Source: an uncultured Gemmatimonadales bacterium (GTDB lineage: Bacteria; Gemmatimonadota; Gemmatimonadetes; Gemmatimonadales; GWC2-71-9). From it: DNA of 64,000 nucleotides. Below, in pieces: positions 56,686 to 64,000 of this stretch. The first letter of the stretch is position 1. The number at the start of each line of letters is the position of its first letter. Under the pieces are notes generated by a model. The model did not search any database and was not told the DNA's origin. It saw only the letters and a program-made list of their open reading frames with translations. Position numbers and translations under genes: made by a program. The DNA lies in the NCBI GenBank assembly GCA_963728915.1, contig CAVSLV010000004.1, positions 96,001-160,000 of the forward strand. Reading direction: 5' to 3'.

Positions 56686-59600
56686 ATGCCCAGGACACTC
56701 ACGTCCGCGAGCTCCCTCGAGAACCTGAAGGGAGAGGCGAAGCGCTGGCTCAAGGCGCTTCGCGCCCACGAGCCGGAGGCGGTCGCCCGGTTCCGGCAAT
56801 ACCATCCTAACCCGCCCACCGATCCGGGCCTCCGCGATGTCCAGCTGGCCGTGGCGCGCGCCTGCGGCTTTCCGGGGTGGACCGCGCTCAAGGCGGAGCT
56901 GGCGCGCCGCGCCGCGGCGCCGGGTGCCGGGCCGGACCCGCTTCAGCAGCTCCTCGGGGCGGCGAATCGCGGCGATCCGGCGGCCTGTGCCGGGATCCTG
57001 GCAGGGGAGCCCGAGCTCCTGAATCAGTCCGGGATCCTGCCGGGACACACCGGACGGCGCACCGCCCTCCACTTCGCCATGAACTCGATGGAGGAGGGGG
57101 TCATCGACCTCCTCCTCGAGCGAGGCGCCGACCCCAATCTCCGGGACGAAGGCGACAACGCCACCCCGCTTCATTTCGCCGCGGAGAAAGGCAAACTCTC
57201 GGTCGTCCGCAGGCTGATCGAGCACGGCGCGGACCCCATCGGCGACGGGGACCTGCACGAGCTCACCATCATCGGGTGGTCGGTGTGCTTCGACTATGCC
57301 TACCATCCGGAGGTCGCCGAGTATCTGCTGGCCCATGGGGCGCGCCATACGATCTTCTCGGCCACAGCGATGGGCGCGATCGACCTCATCCGGGAGATCG
57401 CGGCCCGAGCGCCGGCCGACCTCGACCGGCGGATGGACCGCACCAACCGGCACCGCACTCCGCTGCACCTCGCGATCGTGAAGAATCAGCCGTCGGCGCT
57501 CGCGACCCTTCTCGCGCTCGGAGCGAACCCCGAGATCGAGGATCAGGCCGGCCTCACCCCGCTCGATCAGGCCGCTCTCCACGGCCGGCGGGGAATGGCC
57601 GAAGCCCTTCTCCAGGCGGGAGCAAAGCTCCGGCTGCCGGCAGCGGTGGCGCTGGACCGTGATGCCGACCTGCAACGGCTCCTCGCTGAATCTCCGGAGA
57701 CCCTCCGGCCCGGCGGCCGCTGGGACCGTCTGATCATCCGGGCGAGCGAGCGCGGTTCCGCGCGCACCATCGAGACCCTCATCGGCGCGGGCGCATCGGT
57801 CCACGTGCGCGACGACTATCGCACCGCGGTCGACAGCACCCACGGCTACACCGCGTTGCACGCCGCCGCGTTTCATGGCAATGTCGAGGCAGCGCGGGTG
57901 CTCCTCGCCCACGGGGCGAACCCGAGCGACCGGGATGACAAGTACTGGGGGAGTCCCGCCGGCTGGGCATTCTTTGCGAAACACGAAGCTGTCGGGCGGA
58001 TGATCCTCCAGGGCCCGATCGACCTCTTCGATGCCGTTGGGTACGATCGGATCGACCGGATTCCCGAGATCCTGAAGCGGGATCCGTTCGCGCTGGAGCG
58101 CCGGTTCGGGGAATATGTGAATGGAGACCCCAAGCCGAGGGAATGGGTCGATCCCGCCTGGACGCCGATCTTCTTTGCGATTGCGGAGGGCAAGGCGGAA
58201 GCGGTAGTCGGGTTGCTCGATGCGGGGGCTTCCCTCGCGGGGTGGGATGCCCAGGGCCGGACCCCGATCGATCTGGCGGCGGAACGACGACAACCGGAGC
58301 TCGTACGCCTGCTCGAACGGCGCCCGCCGCGAGGACGGATCGCGGCGCTCCCGGAAATCGATCAGCACGTCGCCGATTTTCTCCAGTGGGCCTGCCTCGA
58401 CTGGAGAGTGGGCGGGGCGTGGCGGGCCCGACGGAACCGCGACGCCGACCGGCTGCTGGCGACCCATCCCGAGATCGCGACCGCCAATCTGGTCACCGCC
58501 GTGGTCTCCGGGGAGACCGCCCGGGTCCATGCGCTGCTTGCCGAAACACCGGGAGCGGCTTCGGCCATCGGTGGGCCGCGCTCCTGGCCACCGCTGCTCT
58601 ACCTCACCGCCGCACGGCTCGAATCGAAGAAGGCTCAACGGGAATCGGTGACCATCGCCAGGCTGCTGCTCGATCACGGCGCCGACCCCAACGTCTTCTA
58701 TCTCGGCGGGAATGCGGACATTCACTATACCGCTCTGACCGCGGTCCTGGGTCGAGGGGAGGAGCTCGGTGCCATGCACCCCCGCGCGAAGGAGCTGACC
58801 GAGCTCCTCCTCGAGCGCGGGGCCTCACCCCACGACAACCAGGTGCTCTACAACGTTTTCGCCGACAACACCTCGCGACATCTGCTGACCGACGACATCG
58901 TGTGGCTGCTCGAGCTCCTGTACCGGTCCTCGATCCGGCGCGGGTGCCAGGCCGATTGGACGAACCCCGAATGGCCGATGTTCGACATGAAGGGCGCCCC
59001 TTCGCTGGGCGACGAGCACAAGCGAAAGTCCGGAGCCCGGTTCCTGCTCGAGGCCGCGATCGACCGCAACCTGCTTCGGATGGCCGAATGGTTGCTGGCT
59101 CATGGCGCCGGACCGAACACCACTTCAGGGAACGTCTGGAAGCAGGACGCCAACCTCAGCCTGTATCAGCTCGCGGTCCGCAAGGGTCACAGGGAGATGG
59201 CCGACTTGCTGGCGAGGTTCGGGGCCCGCCGCGAGACCGTACCCGTCGGGGAAGAAGGGCGATTCGTGGAGGCGTGCCTCTCGCTGGATGAGAACGAGGT
59301 CCGAGATGCACTTTCACGTCATCCCGGATACCTGAGCAGCTCTCGGGCGCTCTTTGCAGCGGTGAACCAGGGCCGGACAGACGTCCTCCAATTTCTGCTC
59401 GACCTTGGCGTGTCACCCGACGTGGAGGGTCCAGAATACCCTGGTCAGCGGGCTCTTCATCTGGCCGCCGCCAAGGACGAGGTCGACAGCGCCAGGTTGC
59501 TCCTCGCGCGGGGAGCGGAGGCGGATCCTCGGGACTCCCGGCATCAGGGGACTCCACTCGGTTGGGCCGCCTGGTTCGGGAATGAGCGGGTGATCAAGGT

Positions 59601-59913
59601 GTTGGCGCCCCACAGCAGGGATCTCTGGCCGCTGGTCCACACCGGTCAGTCGCGACGGATCGGCGAGCTTCTGGAGGCCGATCCCACCGTTGCCCGGAGC
59701 ACCAGCGAGTCGGGGGAGACCCTGCTGATGTGGCTGCCTGAGGATGACGCAGCCGCCGTGGAGGTCGCGCGGGGGTTGATGGCGCGGGGAGCGGATCCGG
59801 GCGCCCGTACCCCGCAGGGACTGACGGCCGCGGATATCGCGGACCGGCGCGGGCTGGTGGCCGCGGCGGCGTTCCTGCGAAAGGCTGCTAGCGACCGGCC
59901 GCCTGGAAGCTGA
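56686..59913 (+). CDS. Large ankyrin-repeat protein (1075 aa) with a small basic helical N-terminal domain
   Basis: Many [18 protein letters not shown]-type repeats; N-terminal [17 protein letters not shown]...[21 protein letters not shown]. Confidence 0.9.
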   Translation: MPRTLTSASSLENLKGEAKRWLKALRAHEPEAVARFRQYHPNPPTDPGLRDVQLAVARACGFPGWTALKAELARRAAAPGAGPDPLQQLLGAANRGDPAACAGILAGEPELLNQSGILPGHTGRRTALHFAMNSMEEGVIDLLLERGADPNLRDEGDNATPLHFAAEKGKLSVVRRLIEHGADPIGDGDLHELTIIGWSVCFDYAYHPEVAEYLLAHGARHTIFSATAMGAIDLIREIAARAPADLDRRMDRTNRHRTPLHLAIVKNQPSALATLLALGANPEIEDQAGLTPLDQAALHGRRGMAEALLQAGAKLRLPAAVALDRDADLQRLLAESPETLRPGGRWDRLIIRASERGSARTIETLIGAGASVHVRDDYRTAVDSTHGYTALHAAAFHGNVEAARVLLAHGANPSDRDDKYWGSPAGWAFFAKHEAVGRMILQGPIDLFDAVGYDRIDRIPEILKRDPFALERRFGEYVNGDPKPREWVDPAWTPIFFAIAEGKAEAVVGLLDAGASLAGWDAQGRTPIDLAAERRQPELVRLLERRPPRGRIAALPEIDQHVADFLQWACLDWRVGGAWRARRNRDADRLLATHPEIATANLVTAVVSGETARVHALLAETPGAASAIGGPRSWPPLLYLTAARLESKKAQRESVTIARLLLDHGADPNVFYLGGNADIHYTALTAVLGRGEELGAMHPRAKELTELLLERGASPHDNQVLYNVFADNTSRHLLTDDIVWLLELLYRSSIRRGCQADWTNPEWPMFDMKGAPSLGDEHKRKSGARFLLEAAIDRNLLRMAEWLLAHGAGPNTTSGNVWKQDANLSLYQLAVRKGHREMADLLARFGARRETVPVGEEGRFVEACLSLDENEVRDALSRHPGYLSSSRALFAAVNQGRTDVLQFLLDLGVSPDVEGPEYPGQRALHLAAAKDEVDSARLLLARGAEADPRDSRHQGTPLGWAAWFGNERVIKVLAPHSRDLWPLVHTGQSRRIGELLEADPTVARSTSESGETLLMWLPEDDAAAVEVARGLMARGADPGARTPQGLTAADIADRRGLVAAAAFLRKAASDRPPGS

Positions 59914-61468
59914 CCAGCAGCCCCATCAGCCCTGCCAGCGCGAGACTGTGGAAGAAGACGTAGCGGAGGATCCGCCCCTCCGCGCCGTGCGCTCCGGTCA
60001 CGGTCCCGGCCACCACGATGCTCTGGGCGTCGATCATCTTGCCCATGACCCCGCCGGAGGAGTTGGCGGCCGCCATCAGAACGGGATCGATTCCGAGCTG
60101 TCGCGCGGTGAGCGACTGGAGGCTTCCGAACAGCACGTTGCTCGAGGTGTCGGACCCGGTCAGCGCGACCCCCAGCCAGCCGAGCATGGTGCCGAAGAAG
60201 GGGTACAGGATCCCGGTGCGCGCAAAGGCCAGGCCGAGGGTTCCGTCCAGCCCGGCGTAGCGGGTTAGGAACCCGATCGCCATCATGAGGGCAATGGTCA
60301 GCAGCGACGCGCGGACCAGCCGGAGCGTGGCGATCCAGGTCGCGCCGAGCTCCCGGAGCCCGTATCGCAAGACGATCGCGCTGAGCAGGGCCGCGACCAG
60401 GATGCCGGTGCCGGTCGCCGAGAGCCAGTTGAATGTGAAGATCGCCGGCTCCGGCTGGGCGGCCGGGACGATCGGGGGCATGCGTTCGACCAGGTGATGG
60501 AGTCCGGGCACGGCGAACGCCGGAGCGGACCACCGGTTGAGAAGGTTCTTGATCTGGGGCAGCCCCCAGAGAAAGACCAGCACCGTCAGGATCGCCCAGG
60601 GAGCCATGGCTTTCCCGGGCTCAGGCTCCAAGGGCGATGCCCTGTCAGGAGTCCGGTTGGGGCGCCACACTTGCAGGAACAGCACCAGGGCGAGCATCGA
60701 AGAGGCCCCGGCCACGATGTCCACCAGCCAGGGCCCGTGGAGGGTCGCCATGAGAAACTGGGGGATGGCGAACCCCGCGCCGGCGACGAGGACGGCAGGC
60801 CAGATTCCCCGGAGACCGCGCCAGCCGGAGTAGGCCACCACCAGCCAGAACGGGACGATCAGCGAGAACAGGGGAAGCTGATGCCCGACCTGGGCGCTCA
60901 AGGCGCGCAGGTCGAGCCCGGTCACCCCTTGCAGGGCGACGATGGGTGTTCCCAGCGCTCCGAAGGCGACCGGCGCGGTGTTGGCAATGAGGGCCAGGCC
61001 GGAGGCTTCGATCGCGGGGAACCCCAGGGCGATCAGCAGGCCGCCGGTGACCGCCACCGGGGTTCCGAAGCCCGCCGCCCCTTCGATAAACGCCCCGAAG
61101 GAGAACGCCACGAGGAGGAGCTGAAGCCGCTTGTCGTCGGTGAGTCGAGCGATCCGTTTCTGGAGAGCGGTCAGCAATCCGCGACGGCGAACCAGCTCGT
61201 ACAGGAAGATGACGTTGAGCACGATCCAGCCGATCGGGAAGAGTCCGTAGCCCGCGCCGTACAGCGCGGCGGCGAGCGACATGCCGGCCGGCATGGAGAA
61301 CACCAGCACCGCCACCAGCAGGGCGGTCGCCGCGCCGAGCAGGGCGGCGAGGGGAGCGCGGAGCCGGAGCCAGGCCAGGCAGCCGAGCAGGACCACCACG
61401 GGCAGCGCCGCTGCCAGCGTGGACCAGAACGCGGAGTGGAGCGGATCGTAGCGCTGGGGCCAGCTCAC
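59888..61468 (-). CDS. lctP: L-lactate permease
   Basis: [46 protein letters not shown] and [13 protein letters not shown] motifs. Confidence 0.92.
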   Translation of the reverse strand: MSWPQRYDPLHSAFWSTLAAALPVVVLLGCLAWLRLRAPLAALLGAATALLVAVLVFSMPAGMSLAAALYGAGYGLFPIGWIVLNVIFLYELVRRRGLLTALQKRIARLTDDKRLQLLLVAFSFGAFIEGAAGFGTPVAVTGGLLIALGFPAIEASGLALIANTAPVAFGALGTPIVALQGVTGLDLRALSAQVGHQLPLFSLIVPFWLVVAYSGWRGLRGIWPAVLVAGAGFAIPQFLMATLHGPWLVDIVAGASSMLALVLFLQVWRPNRTPDRASPLEPEPGKAMAPWAILTVLVFLWGLPQIKNLLNRWSAPAFAVPGLHHLVERMPPIVPAAQPEPAIFTFNWLSATGTGILVAALLSAIVLRYGLRELGATWIATLRLVRASLLTIALMMAIGFLTRYAGLDGTLGLAFARTGILYPFFGTMLGWLGVALTGSDTSSNVLFGSLQSLTARQLGIDPVLMAAANSSGGVMGKMIDAQSIVVAGTVTGAHGAEGRILRYVFFHSLALAGLMGLLVSFQAAGR

Positions 61469-61472
61469 GCGA

Positions 61473-62030
61473 TCAGGGAGAAGGCGGGGCCAGGTAGAGG
61501 GAGGGAAACCGGGCTTTCAGCCGGGCCAGCTTCGGGACGTCGTTGGTCGCGATGTACGGATCGGTGAGATGGCGCGCCGCGTAGCCCTGGTGGAAGGCTT
61601 CCGCCATTCGGAACGTGGTGAGCGGCTGGACCTCGGTGACGATCGGCTGGGAGAACGCGTGGGACGTCGTGAGCTCGCTGATGTACGCCTCGACCTCGCG
61701 GCGCTGGCCGGAGTCGGCGGGAAAGACGATGGCCCGATACTCGGGCCCGGCGTCGGGACCCTGGCGGTCCCGTGAGGTCGGATCGTGGGCGACCAGGAAG
61801 AAAATCTCGAGCAGCTCGCGATAGCTCACCGTCCCGGGGTCGAACCGTAGCTCCACCGATTCCACTTCCCCAGGCCCATAACCCGCGATCGCGCGCTGTA
61901 CCCCTTTCACGTGCTCGAAGACCCATTCGACCCCCCAGAAACAGCCGCCCGCGAATACCGCGCGGGCTTCCGGCGCGCGACCAGCGGTCAACGCCATGGC
62001 CGCCGTGAGCAGCGAGGTCAAACCGATCAT
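61473..62030 (-). CDS. msrA: Peptide-methionine (S)-S-oxide reductase, short single-Cys form with signal peptide
   Basis: [24 protein letters not shown] and AEAFHQ.Y motifs. Confidence 0.88.
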   Translation of the reverse strand: MIGLTSLLTAAMALTAGRAPEARAVFAGGCFWGVEWVFEHVKGVQRAIAGYGPGEVESVELRFDPGTVSYRELLEIFFLVAHDPTSRDRQGPDAGPEYRAIVFPADSGQRREVEAYISELTTSHAFSQPIVTEVQPLTTFRMAEAFHQGYAARHLTDPYIATNDVPKLARLKARFPSLYLAPPSP

Positions 62031-63103
62031 GAGCCCACCCCAATCAGGTCGGAAGAAATATCGCCCAGGCTCGGAGTCCCCGAGAGCGCCATGGCCAGAT
62101 CCAACTCGTCCCGGAGCAGGCTCAACACCCGGGCGGCGCCCGCTTCGCCGTCCAGCGCGAGTCCCCAGAGGACGGGGCGCCCGACCATGACCGCCTTCGC
62201 GCCCAGCGCCAGGGCCTTCACGATGTCGGTCCCTCGGCGAACCCCGCCGTCCATCATGACGGTCAGCCGGGCTCCCACCGCCTCGGCGACGGAGCCCAGG
62301 GCATCGAGCGAGGGAATCGCGGTGTCGAGCTGGCGCCCGCCGTGGTTCGAGACCACCAGGGCCTCCGCGCCATGGTCCGCCGCCCGGCGCGCGTCGTCGG
62401 CGCGGAGGATCCCCTTCAGCACGAGCGGGAGGCGGGAGAGCGAGCTGAGCCACTCCAGATCGCGCCAGGAAAAAGAGGCGTCGCGCATCCCGTGGATGAA
62501 GGCGCGGAGCCGGGAACCTTCATCATCGGCCTGGAGCGGGCCACTGGCACGGGGAGTAAAGTTGGCGACCCGGAGGTCGGGCGAGAGGCGGAACCGATTC
62601 CGCTCATCGCGCTCCCGGCGGCCGATTTCGGCGACGTCCACCGTCAGCACCAGGGCGCGGTACCCCGCCGCCTCGGCGCGCTGCACGAGGTCCGCGGTGA
62701 TGCCGCGGTCCTGATGGACGTAGAGCTGAAACCAGAGCGGGCCGGTCGCCGCCGCGCTGACCTCCTCCAGGGAACAGGTGGCGAAGGTGCTGACCGTCAT
62801 CAGCATGCCGACCGATCCGGCGGCGCGGGCGGTCGCCAGCTCGCCCTCCGGGTGGGCCAGGCGCTGAAAGGCCATCGGGGCGACCACGATGGGCGCCGCG
62901 AGCTGAGCGCCCAGGAGGGAGACTCCGAGATCGCGACAGCTCACGTCCACCAGCATCCGGGGCAGCAGGTGTCTCCGCTCGAAGGCCCGGCGGTTTCCCG
63001 CCAGCGTGACTTCGTCGCCCGATCCGCCGGCGTAGTACTCGAAGACCTCGATGGGAAGGCGGTCCCGGGCCAGCCGTTCGGTCTCGTGAAGGTTGAGAAA
63101 CAT
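62027..63103 (-). CDS. FMN-dependent alpha-hydroxy-acid oxidase/dehydrogenase (L-lactate/glycolate)
   Basis: YYAGGS, APMA, WFQLY, LTVD, LKGI, VSNHGGRQLD and DGGVRRGTD motifs; in the same unit as the lactate permease. Confidence 0.92.
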   Translation of the reverse strand: MFLNLHETERLARDRLPIEVFEYYAGGSGDEVTLAGNRRAFERRHLLPRMLVDVSCRDLGVSLLGAQLAAPIVVAPMAFQRLAHPEGELATARAAGSVGMLMTVSTFATCSLEEVSAAATGPLWFQLYVHQDRGITADLVQRAEAAGYRALVLTVDVAEIGRRERDERNRFRLSPDLRVANFTPRASGPLQADDEGSRLRAFIHGMRDASFSWRDLEWLSSLSRLPLVLKGILRADDARRAADHGAEALVVSNHGGRQLDTAIPSLDALGSVAEAVGARLTVMMDGGVRRGTDIVKALALGAKAVMVGRPVLWGLALDGEAGAARVLSLLRDELDLAMALSGTPSLGDISSDLIGVGS

Positions 63104-63139
63104 TCTGTCCGGGGTTTCGTCAGGGTGCTAATCTATACC

Positions 63140-64000
63140 ATGCCCCCGGCCACGATGCCATCCGAGTTTCTTGCCCTCCAGAACGCGGTGGCCGGGCGGT
63201 TCGCCCTGGACCGCGAGCTGGGTCGCGGCGGGATGGGCATCGTCTACCTTGCGCGTGACCTCGCGCTCGATCGTCCGGTCGCGATCAAGCTGCTTCCGTC
63301 GGTGTTGGCCGGGCATCCCTCCCTGCGGGAGCGCTTCCTCCGGGAAGCCCGCACGGCGGCCCGACTCTCCCATCCCAACATCGTCCCGATTCATCAGGTG
63401 GAAGCGCAGGGCGACCTCGCCTGGTTCGTCATGGCCTACATCGACGGAGAGACGCTGGCCGAGCGGGTGCAGCGGCAAGGTCCGCTCGCCCCGGAGGAGG
63501 CGCTCCGGATTCTTCAGGAAATGGCCTGGGCGCTCGCGTACGCGCACCGGAACGGCGTCATCCACCGCGATGTCAAGCCGGGGAATATCCTGCTCGAGCG
63601 GGGCAGCGGCCGGTCCCTGCTCAGCGATTTCGGGATTGCCCTGGTGGAAGCCATCACCCCGGCGCGGGGCAGCGAGGTGATCGGCACGGTTCGCTACATG
63701 AGTCCGGAGCAGGTCGCGGGTGCCACGATCGACGGACGCAGCGACCTTTTCGCGCTCGGCGCGGTCGCGACCTTCGCGCTCACCGGGCGGACGCCGTCCG
63801 AGGGAGGCGCGGCCGGCCTCAGCGCGCCCCGGCTGGCCCCGATCGTGCTTCGCTGCCTGGCGCTGGATCCGGCGGAGCGGTTCCCCGACGGCGAGTCCCT
63901 CGCCGATGCGCTGGACGCCGCGCGGGGCCGGGCCATCGTCGTGGCCCCTCCGGTGCGCGAGTTCGTCGAGCTGTACAAGACCCTTGCCGTCGAGATCGCG
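63140..64000 (+). CDS. Ser/Thr protein kinase, 3'-truncated by the window edge (absent from the ORF track)
   Basis: Manual translation: ELGRGGMGIVY, VAIKLL, HRDVKPGN, DFG, GTVRYMSPEQ, SDLFALG. Confidence 0.92.
   Translation, partial: MPPATMPSEFLALQNAVAGRFALDRELGRGGMGIVYLARDLALDRPVAIKLLPSVLAGHPSLRERFLREARTAARLSHPNIVPIHQVEAQGDLAWFVMAYIDGETLAERVQRQGPLAPEEALRILQEMAWALAYAHRNGVIHRDVKPGNILLERGSGRSLLSDFGIALVEAITPARGSEVIGTVRYMSPEQVAGATIDGRSDLFALGAVATFALTGRTPSEGGAAGLSAPRLAPIVLRCLALDPAERFPDGESLADALDAARGRAIVVAPPVREFVELYKTLAVEIA

Overview
High-GC bacterial chromosomal segment. Gene content suggests Gemmatimonadota (inference only). It is densely coding, with about 52 CDS and one tRNA-Cys(GCA). I see no CRISPR array, rRNA, integrase or transposase. 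Housekeeping content: mqnD, a 2790-aa cyclic beta-1,2-glucan synthase, tkt-tal, an E2-E1 fused 2-oxoglutarate dehydrogenase, glpD, fadI-fadJ, rsgA, a fused E1alpha/beta 2-oxoacid dehydrogenase, lon, pfkA, queD, an lldD-msrA-lactate permease unit, two Ser/Thr kinases and c-di-GMP enzymes. Most notable signals: (1) a SelW/Rdx-type selenoprotein (CxxU, in-frame UGA plus SECIS-like hairpin) that the ORF track misses, overlapping the pfkA start; (2) divergent from it, a XoxF/MxaF-like PQQ dehydrogenase with essentially all active-site residues replaced; (3) a promoter plus a ~100-nt nested structured leader RNA before a 1075-aa ankyrin protein; (4) a putative di-heme cytochrome b561-like protein with two Tat-exported Rieske proteins; (5) an XRE regulator with overlapping divergent promoters, a perfect operator palindrome and a small Cys-rich ORF; (6) a DEAH helicase with motif Ia apparently moved ahead of motif I; (7) a probable CTG start for tkt and repeated leaderless-mRNA signatures. 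All product calls come from motif recognition by eye, not from database searches.
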